DNA from: Planctomycetia bacterium
Lineage (GTDB): Bacteria; Planctomycetota; Planctomycetia; Pirellulales; UBA1268
Length of the DNA stretch: 64,000 bases
Direction: 5' to 3'
Assembly (NCBI GenBank): GCA_026401035.1
Contig: JAPLNR010000069.1
Span: 66,063 to 130,062 of the forward strand
Positions within the stretch are counted from its first letter, which is position 1. Each line of letters opens with the position of its first letter. The notes under the pieces were generated by a model. That model was not told the origin of the DNA. It was given only the letters and a program-made list of their open reading frames with translations, and searched no databases. Positions 36,003 to 45,307 of the stretch are shown one piece after another. Made by a program: the position numbers and the translations under genes.

Positions 36003-38813
36003 TTATCCTGTCGTTCGCATGCCCGAGGCGATTCCCTGGACGCAGAGCCGGAGCAGGTCGCGCAGCGAATCATCCGGCTCCTGCGGGCCGGTCATCGTGG
36101 CGCGGCGGTGCATGAACTCGATCTGGATGAGGTTCAGCGGATCGATCGACGGGTTGCGGGCCTCGATCGACCGCTGAAACCAGGGCGTGGTGGCGAGCAG
36201 TTCGCCGCCGCCGACGATGTCGAGGATCGCCTGTCGCGTGCGGTCGCGTTCGGCGGCAATCCGCTGCCAGATGCGGCGGCGGACATCGGCAGCGGTGGCC
36301 AGTTCCGCGTATCGCTGGGCGATGTACATGTCGGCCTTGGCGAGCGCCAGCGTTGCATTGTCGATCGTGGCCTGAAAGAACGGCCACTGGCGGTACATCT
36401 CGCAGACGGTCTGCCAGGCATGGCGGTCGTCGTATTTCACTTCCACGAGGGCCACGCCGAGGCCGTACCAGGCGGGGATCATGCAGCGGCTCTGCGTCCA
36501 GGCAAACACCCAGGGGATCGCCCGCAGGTCGTCGAGCGACCGTTCACCGCGGCGGCGGGAGGGCCGTGAGGCGATCGGCAGGGTTTCGATGTCGTCGATC
36601 GGCGTGGTCTGCGAGAAGTATTGGATGAAGCCGGGCTCGTCGACGAGTTCGCGATAGGCGGCGTGCGACCGGGCGGCCATCCGCTCCATGAGCGCGATCC
36701 AATCGGGATGGGGTTCGGGGCGGCGGTCGCTCGTGGCCATGAGCGTGGCCCATGAGACCTGGTCGAGATGGCGGCAGGCGATCTCGGTGTCGTCGTAGCG
36801 CTCGGCGAGCACCTCGCCCTGCTCGGTGAGCCGCAGGCTGCCGTCGAGCGTTTCGGCGGGCAGCGAGAGGATGCCCCGGGCGGCGGGGCCGCCACCGCGG
36901 CCGAGCGATCCGCCGCGGCCGTGGAAAAAGGTGAGGCTCACGCCGCGGGCCGCGGCGGCCGCGTGGAGGCGGCTCTGAGCAACCTGCAGGCCCCAGCAGG
37001 CGGCAAGGTAGCCACCATCCTTCGTGCTGTCGGAGTAGCCGACCATCACGATCTGCCGGTTGCCACGGCCGGCCAGATGCGCGGCGTAGGCCGGCTGATC
37101 GAGGATCGCGGCCAGCGTGGTGTGGGCGTGCTGCAGGTCGTGGATCTTCTCGAAGAGCGGCACGATCGCGATGTCGTGGGTCGCGACGGGCTCGCCGCGG
37201 TCGGCGGCCTGCTTCTGCGCCCACCGCCAGAGCCAGAGCACGCAGAGCACGTCGGCGGGTGACCGGGTCAGGCTCACGATCGCTCCACCGAGGCAGTCTG
37301 GGCCAAACCGCACACTGGCCCGCTGCAGCAGTTCGAAGAGGGCGAGCGTGTCGCGGGCCAGAGGCTGGAGCGTCTCTGTCGGAATCACGCCGACGGTGCC
37401 GAGGGTGTCGGTGAGCAGCCGGACCTTCGTGGCCTCGTCGTCTGACCGGAGCGCGGCGGCTTCGGCAATCCCCGCGGCCGCGAGAATCTCGGCCATGATC
37501 TCCTGGTAGGCCCGCGCATCCTGACGCACGTCGAGCCGCGTCATGTGGAGGCCGAATGTTCGCGCGAGATCGAGCCACTGCCGCACGGGCGAGTCGTCGG
37601 TCACGCCATGGTCGCGGTCGAGGCAGTCGACGAGCGTGGCCACGTCGGCCGCAAACTCCGCGGCCGAGTGATAGGCCCCCGGCAGCACAGGCTCCGCCAG
37701 GCTCGCGGCGGCGGAGCATTCGAGCCGAAAGTGGATCATCCGCAGCCAGCGGCGGTAGGCCTCGTGCGGCGGCACACCGTCGAGCACGGCGGCGAGGTCG
37801 GTCCACTCGGCCGCCAGCGACCCCAGCCGGTTTTCCAGCGGCGCCGCACCGTGCGCCTCGTGCAGGGAGATTGTGAGCATCTCGTGCAGCCGCGTGCACC
37901 ATGCCAGGTGCGCGTCGATCGCGGCGGACCGCAATCGCAGGAGTGTTTCCTCGGTGATCCCGGCGGTCACAAACGGATTGCCGTCGCGGTCGCCCCCCAT
38001 CCACGAGCCAAACGTGAGAAACGCCGGGATGTGAAACGCCCGTCCCGGAAACGCCGCGGCCAGCCCGCGCCGCAGCGACGCATGCACCTGCGGCACGGCC
38101 TCCCAGAGCCGTGGCATGATCGAGAGACCGCGGTCGACTTCGTCGAGCACCGTGGGCCGCGAGCCCTTGAGAAACTCGGTTTCCCAGAGGATCGCCAGCT
38201 CCGTTCGCAGGCTGGTCTCATGGGTCGCCCGCTCCCGCGGCAGCAGATCGTCGCGGTCGAGCGCCTGCAGGCTCTGCCGCATGCGGCGGAGCTTCGCGCG
38301 GATCGACCGCCGCTTCGCCTCGCTCGGATGGGCCGTGAACACCAGCTCCACCGTGAGCCGGTCGACCAGCCGCTGCACCTCGTCGGCCGACGTGCCGGCG
38401 GCTGCGAGCGCGGCGACCCCGGCCATGAGCGATTCCCCGAGCGGCTGCGGATGCCGCTGCCGCTCCCGTTCCCGCAGCACGCGCACCCGCTGGCGGTCTT
38501 CCGCGATGTTCGCGAGGTCGAAGAAGATCGAAAGGGCCCGGGCGACGATCCGCGCCTCGGCGACGGTGAGCCCCTCGATCCGGGCGGCGAGCGCCCGCTC
38601 GGCATCCGGCAGCCCCTCGCGGCGGTCGCGGGCCAGCCGGCGGATCTCGGCCACGAGGGCCGACGCCGCGGGCCCCGCTTCTTCGACGATCACGGAGTCG
38701 AGCTTGCCATCGAGCAGTCGGACATCCCGCCGCAGGAGTTCGTCATTGGCCAAGGGATTTTTTCCTCGATGCGGTGGGGCGGCGGGATGGCGGGGCTGCA
38801 GAGCATCCAGCAT
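36003..38813 (-). CDS. ppc: phosphoenolpyruvate carboxylase
   Basis: 936-aa ORF containing VFTAHPSEAKRRS, GYSDSTKDGG, FHGRGGSLGRGGGP and the C-terminal ...GIASGMRTTG. Confidence 0.95.
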   Translation of the reverse strand: MLDALQPRHPAAPPHRGKNPLANDELLRRDVRLLDGKLDSVIVEEAGPAASALVAEIRRLARDRREGLPDAERALAARIEGLTVAEARIVARALSIFFDLANIAEDRQRVRVLRERERQRHPQPLGESLMAGVAALAAAGTSADEVQRLVDRLTVELVFTAHPSEAKRRSIRAKLRRMRQSLQALDRDDLLPRERATHETSLRTELAILWETEFLKGSRPTVLDEVDRGLSIMPRLWEAVPQVHASLRRGLAAAFPGRAFHIPAFLTFGSWMGGDRDGNPFVTAGITEETLLRLRSAAIDAHLAWCTRLHEMLTISLHEAHGAAPLENRLGSLAAEWTDLAAVLDGVPPHEAYRRWLRMIHFRLECSAAASLAEPVLPGAYHSAAEFAADVATLVDCLDRDHGVTDDSPVRQWLDLARTFGLHMTRLDVRQDARAYQEIMAEILAAAGIAEAAALRSDDEATKVRLLTDTLGTVGVIPTETLQPLARDTLALFELLQRASVRFGPDCLGGAIVSLTRSPADVLCVLWLWRWAQKQAADRGEPVATHDIAIVPLFEKIHDLQHAHTTLAAILDQPAYAAHLAGRGNRQIVMVGYSDSTKDGGYLAACWGLQVAQSRLHAAAAARGVSLTFFHGRGGSLGRGGGPAARGILSLPAETLDGSLRLTEQGEVLAERYDDTEIACRHLDQVSWATLMATSDRRPEPHPDWIALMERMAARSHAAYRELVDEPGFIQYFSQTTPIDDIETLPIASRPSRRRGERSLDDLRAIPWVFAWTQSRCMIPAWYGLGVALVEVKYDDRHAWQTVCEMYRQWPFFQATIDNATLALAKADMYIAQRYAELATAADVRRRIWQRIAAERDRTRQAILDIVGGGELLATTPWFQRSIEARNPSIDPLNLIQIEFMHRRATMTGPQEPDDSLRDLLRLCVQGIASGMRTTG

Positions 38814-39077
38814 AGAAGAGGCAAAAAACGCGCCAAGCGCGGTAGAAACCGCGGCCCGGGGATGAACAGCCTGTTTTTGAGGGGCGATGGGGGCCGGGGC
38901 GGCGGTGCTGCTCGTGGCGGCTGTTCAACCGGTGGGCAGGCCGTGCCGTCGGAGAGGGCACGCCGTTTGGCGGCGGGCTGATCGCGGCCACAAGTCATCG
39001 CAACCAATCCAATGTAGACTGTCGGGTCTGCCCCCGTTTCCCTTCTGACGACGCCCACCACGAAAGCAGTTGTTTTG

Positions 39078-40571
39078 ATGGCCGAGCCCAAGGCTCCCCC
39101 GCCCGCCGAACCGCAATCCCGCCCCGGCCACGTTCCCTTCGCCTCGCTCGGACTTTCTCCCGAACTGCTCAAGGCCGTTGAAAAGCTCGGCTTCGAGGAG
39201 ACCTCGCCGATCCAGGCCGCCACGATTCCGCTGCTCATGGAGGGCCACGACGTCGTCGGCCAGTCGCAGACCGGATCGGGCAAGACCGCCGCCTTCTGCA
39301 TTCCGGCGATCGAGCGGGTCGATCCTGCCGGACGAACGGCGCAGGTCCTGATCCTCGTGCCGACCCGGGAACTCGCCACGCAGGTGGCCGACGAGGTCCA
39401 CAAACTCGCCTCTTTCAAGAAGGGCGTCCGTTCGGTGCCGATCTACGGTGGCGCGTCGTATGAGCGGCAGTTCGCGGAGCTCAAACGGGGCGCCCACATC
39501 GTGGTGGGCACGCCGGGCCGGCTCACCGACCACATGGGCCGCAACACGCTCGATCTCTCCGCGGTGACGACGCTCATTCTCGACGAGGCCGACCGGATGC
39601 TCGACATGGGCTTCCGTGACGACATCGAAAAGATCCTCGCCGCCGCGCCCGCCGAGCGGCAGACCGTCTTCTTCTCGGCCACGATCTCGCCGCCAATCCA
39701 GGCGCTGGTGCGCCGGCACTCCCGCGATGCGAAGACCGTCAAGATCGAGCAGCGGGTGGTCGCGGGCCCGCCGCTGGTCGACCAGATCTATTACGAGGTC
39801 CGCCACCATGCGAAGTTCGACGCTCTCTCGCGGCTGATCGATTTTTACGACGTGAAAAGCGGCGTGATCTTCTGCAACACGCAGCACATGGTGGAAGAAC
39901 TGGCCGACGCCCTCGTGGCCCGCGGCTGCTCCGCCGAGCGGCTCCACGGCGGCATGGCGCAGCCGCAGCGGACCCGCGTGATGAACAGTTTCAAGAAGAA
40001 GGCGTTCGAGTTTCTGGTCGCCACCGACGTGGCCGCCCGCGGCATCGACGTCAACGATCTCGAACTCGTCGTCAACTACGACCTGCCGTACGACGCCGAG
40101 GACTACGTCCACCGCATCGGCCGCACCGGACGAGCCGGCCGTAAGGGGCGGGCGATCACGCTCGTGTCCGGGGCCGGCATCTACAAAATGCAGTCGATCG
40201 AGCGGTTCACGAAGACACGCATTCGCCGCGAGCACGTGCCGACGGCGGAGGCGGTGGAGAGCCGGCGGTCCGACGCCCTGTTTGAAAAGCTTCGCGGCAA
40301 GCTCGAGGCGGGCGAATTCCCCAAGCAGACGCTGCTCGTCGAACGGCTGCTCGAACAGGGCTACACGCCCACCGAGGTGGCGGCGGCGATCCTGCACCAC
40401 TTCACGCCGAAGCCCTCGGCCCAGCCCGCAGCCGAGGCGATCGACAAGCCGCCCGAGGGGCGGAAGCCGTTCGTGAAGCACGGCGGCAAGCCGGGGCATT
40501 TCGAACGCCGCCGCGACGACCGCCCGCCGGGCAAACCGCGGAAGTTTGGCCCGCGCGGCAAACGCCCGTAG
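39078..40571 (+). CDS. DEAD-box ATP-dependent RNA helicase (DeaD/CsdA-like)
   Basis: It has a Q-motif region (FASLGLSPELLKAVEKLGFEETSPIQ), AQTGSGKT-type SQTGSGKTAAF, DEAD (LDEADRMLD), SAT and HRIGRTGRAG. The basic C-terminal tail ends with a TAG stop inside a REP-like element. Confidence 0.92.
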   Translation: MAEPKAPPPAEPQSRPGHVPFASLGLSPELLKAVEKLGFEETSPIQAATIPLLMEGHDVVGQSQTGSGKTAAFCIPAIERVDPAGRTAQVLILVPTRELATQVADEVHKLASFKKGVRSVPIYGGASYERQFAELKRGAHIVVGTPGRLTDHMGRNTLDLSAVTTLILDEADRMLDMGFRDDIEKILAAAPAERQTVFFSATISPPIQALVRRHSRDAKTVKIEQRVVAGPPLVDQIYYEVRHHAKFDALSRLIDFYDVKSGVIFCNTQHMVEELADALVARGCSAERLHGGMAQPQRTRVMNSFKKKAFEFLVATDVAARGIDVNDLELVVNYDLPYDAEDYVHRIGRTGRAGRKGRAITLVSGAGIYKMQSIERFTKTRIRREHVPTAEAVESRRSDALFEKLRGKLEAGEFPKQTLLVERLLEQGYTPTEVAAAILHHFTPKPSAQPAAEAIDKPPEGRKPFVKHGGKPGHFERRRDDRPPGKPRKFGPRGKRP

Positions 40572-40589
40572 GACAGGCTTCAGCCTGTC
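40568..40589 (+). repeat. REP-like element: GTAG + hairpin GACAGGC-TTCA-GCCTGTC
   Basis: The sequence gtaggacaggcttcagcctgtc was read directly. The helicase stop codon TAG (40569-40571) is the TAG of the GTAG head. Confidence 0.8.
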
Positions 40590-40646
40590 GATGACATCGA
40601 CAGCGTGAGCCTTTCCAACGTGCCTCTCCCAGGGGGAGAGCGTTTG

Positions 40647-41620
40647 TCAACCCATCACAGTTCGCCGCGCGACGGCCCACCAGCCCGGCTGGTCGAGGCC
40701 GAGGTAGGGCGAGTCGGACGGCAACGACTTCACGAGATGCCCGTGCGCGGCCTCGAGATTGTGGTACGGCATCGACGGGAAAAGATGGTGCAGGGCGTGG
40801 TAGCGGATCGAGAATGGGAAGAAGAGCCAGGTGAGCGGGTCGCTGCCGGTGAAGTTGCAGGAATCAAGAATGTGCGACTCGACGTCCACCGGCGCTCCGT
40901 CGCCGGCGAAGTGGTGGTCGGCCAGTTGCCGCATCTGGTTCATCACGAAGGTAGTGAGGCCGAGCAGGTAGAGCAGGGGAATCCGGCTCGGCGGAGCAAT
41001 GCCCGCGTAGATGCTGAGCGGGATGAACGCCGCCCGCACGAAGCAGAGGAGAGTGGTGCGAGTAGAAACCGTAGAAAGACCAGCAGCGGAAAGACGAGCA
41101 TGTAGAGGCTGTATCCGAGGGCGCTCCGCCAGTTGCCTCCTTCGAGCACGTTGGCGACATATTCGGGATCCTCGGGTGTGCCGTACATCCGCTGGCTGTG
41201 GTGGTCGCGATGGTGCCGCGTGAAGAATGGCGAGGGCGTCAGTGTCATCACGCCCACGAGCAGGTTCCAGGCCACCTTGAAGGTGCGCATCTCATGGTGG
41301 CCGAGGTGGCAGACCTCGTGCACGAGCGATCCGAGGCGGTAGAGCCAGAAAACGGCGAACGGGAAGGCGACGATCTGCGGCCAGGAGCCGAGCGGCGCCA
41401 GCAAATAGACCGTGGCCGCCGTGTAGGCGAGCGATAGGGCGAGCAGGAAATCGGCCCAATAGCGGAGCGGATGAACCCGGAAATAGTCGACCGGTGCCGT
41501 CTGCATCGTCTGCCGCGCCTCCCGCACCCAGCCGGGCGTGTGGAGGTCGTTGGCGGGGTCGTCGGCAGCACTCCGCGCGATACGCGTTTCCATATCGGGC
41601 GGGTCTGCAACCTGCGGCAC
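40647..41620 (-). pseudogene. membrane fatty-acid desaturase family gene split by a frameshift
   Basis: Track ORFs 40943..41620 and 40647..41039 carry, respectively, histidine boxes HEVCH and HRDHH, and box HALHH. The meaningful sequence switches frame around 41045-41070 (…FPLLVFLRFLLAPLS / …LLCFVRAAFIPLSIYAG…). Confidence 0.6.
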
Positions 41621-41748
41621 GTGCGAATCCTTTCACTCAATCCCGAGAAAAACCAACACGCAATCAGACCAGAAACGGGTCTCACTGACCACCCCTCTTG
41701 CCCGACCGCCCCGCTCCTATCCGGGCACCGGGGCAGAATCCCGGAGCT

Positions 41749-41813
41749 TCGCGATGAGGGCAGAGCATCGCGATGAGGGCCAGAGCATCGCGATCATGCT
41801 CAGGGCGTCGCGA
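41749..41813. promoter_or_regulatory. four TCGCGA-centred ~20-bp direct repeats between the pdxJ stop and the desaturase start
   Basis: TCGCGA occurs at 41749, 41768, 41788 and 41808, a spacing of 19, 20 and 20 bp. The unit is roughly TCGCGATGAGGGC(C)AGAGCA. The last copy is the pdxJ C-terminal coding sequence itself. Confidence 0.5.
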
Positions 41814-42519
41814 TGAGGCCCTTCATTTCGCGGACGGCCTCCGCGAAGCCGACGAGTACGGCCCGGGCCACGATCGAGTGGCCGATGTTGAGCTCGCCCA
41901 TCCCCTCGAGCCGCGCCACGGGCACGACGTTGCGATAGGTGAGGCCGTGGCCGGCGTTGAGCGCGAGCTTTGCCTGCCGCACCATCACGGCTCCGCGGGA
42001 GAGTTCCACGAGCCGCTCGTGGCGGTCCTTGTCGGTCGTGGCGTTGGCATACTCGCCGGTGTGGAGTTCGACGGCCGCGACACCGAGGTCGATCGCCGCG
42101 TCGATCTGTGCGGGACAGGCATCGATGAAGAGCGAGACGGAGATGCCAGCAGCATGCAGCCGCCGGACGGCCTCCGCCGTGGCGACCCTGTGGGTGACCA
42201 CGTCGAGGCCGCCCTCGGTCGTGATCTCCTCCCGCTTCTCGGGTACGAGCGTCACCTGATCCGGCTTCACGCGGCAGGCGATCTCGATCATCGCCGGCGC
42301 GATCGCCGCCTCGAGGTTGAGCTTTACCTGGACGGTCTGCCGCAGCACCTCGAGATCACGGTCCTGAATGTGACGCCGATCCTCGCGGAGATGCACCGTG
42401 ATCGCATCAGCCCCGCCAAGTTCGGCCAACGCTGCCGCCCATACCGGATCAGGTTCCACCGTGCGGCGGGCCTGACGGATCGTGGCAACGTGGTCGATAT
42501 TGACGCCGAGAGTGGCCAT
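41800..42519 (-). CDS. pdxJ: pyridoxine 5'-phosphate synthase
   Basis: 239-aa [29 protein letters not shown]...[12 protein letters not shown]...LNLE...VELHTG are canonical PdxJ blocks. Confidence 0.93.
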   Translation of the reverse strand: MATLGVNIDHVATIRQARRTVEPDPVWAAALAELGGADAITVHLREDRRHIQDRDLEVLRQTVQVKLNLEAAIAPAMIEIACRVKPDQVTLVPEKREEITTEGGLDVVTHRVATAEAVRRLHAAGISVSLFIDACPAQIDAAIDLGVAAVELHTGEYANATTDKDRHERLVELSRGAVMVRQAKLALNAGHGLTYRNVVPVARLEGMGELNIGHSIVARAVLVGFAEAVREMKGLIATP

Positions 42520-42540
42520 GGCTGCCAGGTAGCGTGGCAG

Positions 42541-44088
42541 TTAACCGTTCTTTTTCAAGAGGATCACGGCATTGCCGCGGGGCGTGCGCACCTGCAGCAG
42601 CACGCCCTCGTCGGAGGATTCCTTTTCGAGCGCCGCGGTAAAATCACCGACGCTCGTCACCGGCGTGCGGCCCACCTTACGGATCAGCACGCCCGGCCCG
42701 ATGCCGGCCTCCGCCGCCACGCCCTCGGGATCGACGCGATCGACGAGCACGCCGTCGAAGCCCTCGTAGGCGTCCTCGGCGACGGAATCCTTCGCCCGCA
42801 CTTCGATGCCGAAGCTCTCGGAGTAGTAGGTTTCATCACCGCTGGGAAGCTTGCGGGGGCCGCGACCGCCACGCTGCGAAACCTTGTCCGGCAGCGGCTT
42901 CACCGACACGGTCAGCGTGAGGGGCTTGCCGTCGCGGAGGACGGCGAGCTTGTGCTGCTTGCCGATGCCCGACCGCTCGACCACTTCCTGCAGCGACCGC
43001 GGGCCGTCCACGGCCTGGTCGTCGAAGCCCGTGATCACGTCGAGTTCCTGCACGCCCGCATCGGCGGCCGGCGTGCCCGGCATCACCTCCGTGACGAGGG
43101 CCCCCTTCTTGTCTCCGATACCGAGCTCGCCGGCCGTCTCCTTGTCGAGCGGGCTGATCGACACGCCGAGGTAGCCGCGCTCCACTGCACCCTTGGCGAT
43201 GAGCTGCTCGCTCACCCACTTGGCGAGGTTGATCGGGATCGCGAAGCCGATGCCCTGGTAGCCGCCGCTGTTGGAGGCGATGGCGGTGTTGATGCCGATC
43301 ACCTCGCCGGCGAGGTTCACGAGTGGCCCCCCCGAGTTGCCGGGATTGATCGCGGCGTCGGTCTGCAGAAACTTCGCGCGGCGGATGCTGCCGAGTTCAC
43401 GGCCCTTGCCGCTGATGATGCCGGCGCTGACCGTCGTCTCGAGTTCGAACGGATTGCCGATCGCGATCACCCAGTCGCCGATGTCGAGTTTGTCCGAATC
43501 ACCGAGCTTCGCGGTCGGGAGATCCTTGGCGTTTTCGAGCCTGACAACGGCCAGGTCGCTTTCGGGGTCGGTTTTGATCTCCGTGGCCTTGAATTCGCGG
43601 CCGTCCGGCAGTTCGACCGTGACTTCATCGGCCCCCTCGACCACATGGTTGTTGGTGAGCACGATGCCCGTCGCATCGACGATCACGCCCGAGCCCACGC
43701 CCGACCGGGGCGGCATACCAGCACCACCGCCACCGCCGTGGAAGTCAAACCCTTCCGGCACGCCGTCGCGGAAGAAGTCTTCGAAGGGTGTGCCCTTGAA
43801 CGGATTCTCGCCACCGCCACCGCGGCGATCGGGGCCTCTGGCGGGAGCCTTGCGGGCCTTTGTCTCGCTGCGGACGACCACCACGCTCGGCGAGGCGTGC
43901 TCGGCGGCATGGCGGAAGGCCTTTGAAAGCCCGGTGGCGTGCGCCATCGCTTCGGCGTCAGCCGTGGTTTCCTCACCCCGGGCAACGGGGCCCACGAGGG
44001 CGGCAGGCAGCGCCAGGGCGACGGCAAACAGGATCAATCCGCCCGCGGCGGAGCGAACGGCAAGACTCACGGGCGATGCTGTGGGCAT
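42541..44088 (-). CDS. Do/DegP/HtrA-family periplasmic serine protease with two PDZ domains
   Basis: 515-aa ORF with a signal/TM segment. Contains GSGVIVDATGIVLTNNHVV (His), DLAVV (Asp) and GNSGGPLVN (Ser), followed by two PDZ-like regions. Confidence 0.92.
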   Translation of the reverse strand: MPTASPVSLAVRSAAGGLILFAVALALPAALVGPVARGEETTADAEAMAHATGLSKAFRHAAEHASPSVVVVRSETKARKAPARGPDRRGGGGENPFKGTPFEDFFRDGVPEGFDFHGGGGGAGMPPRSGVGSGVIVDATGIVLTNNHVVEGADEVTVELPDGREFKATEIKTDPESDLAVVRLENAKDLPTAKLGDSDKLDIGDWVIAIGNPFELETTVSAGIISGKGRELGSIRRAKFLQTDAAINPGNSGGPLVNLAGEVIGINTAIASNSGGYQGIGFAIPINLAKWVSEQLIAKGAVERGYLGVSISPLDKETAGELGIGDKKGALVTEVMPGTPAADAGVQELDVITGFDDQAVDGPRSLQEVVERSGIGKQHKLAVLRDGKPLTLTVSVKPLPDKVSQRGGRGPRKLPSGDETYYSESFGIEVRAKDSVAEDAYEGFDGVLVDRVDPEGVAAEAGIGPGVLIRKVGRTPVTSVGDFTAALEKESSDEGVLLQVRTPRGNAVILLKKNG

Positions 44089-44304
44089 GAATGGTTTCCT
44101 TCTGGCCGGTCGAGACGGGTTTGACGGATTCTAGGCATCCCGCGCCGAGACGGAACCGACGGATCGGTGGCCTGGGCGGATGGACGACGTTTTCTGGTAC
44201 GTCCGCCGGCCGCGGATGGTTCGCGGCCGCCGGAAAACCTTCACCCCCGGGCAGGAGGCGGTTTGACATCGGCCCGAAAAAAGCCGTATTTTCTGGAGAT
44301 AGAG

Positions 44305-45057
44305 ATGCCCCACAGCCCCCGCCAAGACCTCATGCCAGCACCCGAACCACGCGATCGGACCGACGCCGCGATCGACGTCGCCGAGTGCCAACGACGGCTC
44401 GGGCATGTATTTCGGGATCCGGCGCTGCTGATCGCGGCCCTGACGCACGCCTCCGGGGCCCAGCATCGGCTCGCCTCGAACGAGCGGCTGGAATTTCTCG
44501 GCGATTCGATCCTCGGCTTCATCGTCTGCGACAATCTCTATCGACTCTTTCCGGAATCCCTCGAGGGGGATCTGACACGGATCAAGTCGGTGGTGGTGAG
44601 CCGCGAGACCTGTGGACGGATCAGCGAGCAACTGCAGCTCATCGATTTTCTGATCGTCGGCAAGGGGCTGTCGGTCAACAAGCCGGTGCCAACGTCGGTG
44701 CTCTCGGATCTCTTCGAGTCGGTCGTGGCGGCGATGTATCTCGACGGCGGGCTTGAATGCGTTCGCGGACTCGTGGAGCGGATGCTCGAGCCGGAGATCA
44801 TCAAGGTCGCCTCGGGGGAATCGGGCTCGAACCATAAGTCGCTGTTGCAGCAGCTCGCCCAGCGGGATTTCGGCGTGACCCCCACGTATGAGGTTGTGGA
44901 GGAGGCGGGGCCCGACCACAGCAAGAGTTTTCACGTGTCGGCCCAGATCGGCCCCCGGCGGTATGCGCCGGCCTGGGGCCGCAATAAGAAGGAGGCCGAA
45001 CAACGCGCGGCCTCGAATGCGCTGGCGGAATTGCGGACGGATCAGCCAGCCGATTGA
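44305..45057 (+). CDS. rnc: ribonuclease III
   Basis: Internal ATG of track ORF 44167..45057. Contains the signature NERLEFLGDSILG and the C-terminal dsRBD (…GPDHSKSFHV…GRNKKEAEQRAASNAL). Confidence 0.9.
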   Translation: MPHSPRQDLMPAPEPRDRTDAAIDVAECQRRLGHVFRDPALLIAALTHASGAQHRLASNERLEFLGDSILGFIVCDNLYRLFPESLEGDLTRIKSVVVSRETCGRISEQLQLIDFLIVGKGLSVNKPVPTSVLSDLFESVVAAMYLDGGLECVRGLVERMLEPEIIKVASGESGSNHKSLLQQLAQRDFGVTPTYEVVEEAGPDHSKSFHVSAQIGPRRYAPAWGRNKKEAEQRAASNALAELRTDQPAD

Positions 45058-45163
45058 ACGGGCGATTGAACGGCTGACGGCAGTCCGTTGGGACCCCGCC
45101 CCGATGGAATCCGCCGGCGCACGAGCTCCGCTGCGTCGTGGCAACTGCCTGGTTTGCAGTGTG

Positions 45164-45256
45164 AAAATGCGGCGCTGCGTTTAAAAATGCGGCGCTGCGG
45201 CACGGCCAGTTGTGTGAAAACTGCGGCAATCCCGTCTGGCATACGATTTGCCAGAC
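45164..45256. promoter_or_regulatory. direct repeats AAAATGCGGCGCTGCG x2 (20-bp phase) plus hairpin GTCTGGCA-7nt-TGCCAGAC upstream of the S8 protease gene
   Basis: Read directly from the sequence. The repeats lie at 45164-45179 and 45184-45199, with a weaker third copy at 45217-45228. The hairpin lies at 45234-45256. Confidence 0.4.
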
Positions 45257-45307
45257 AGTTTGGTTATGATCAGCGTGGGTCGGAACAACTCTCACCAGGA
45301 GGCAGCC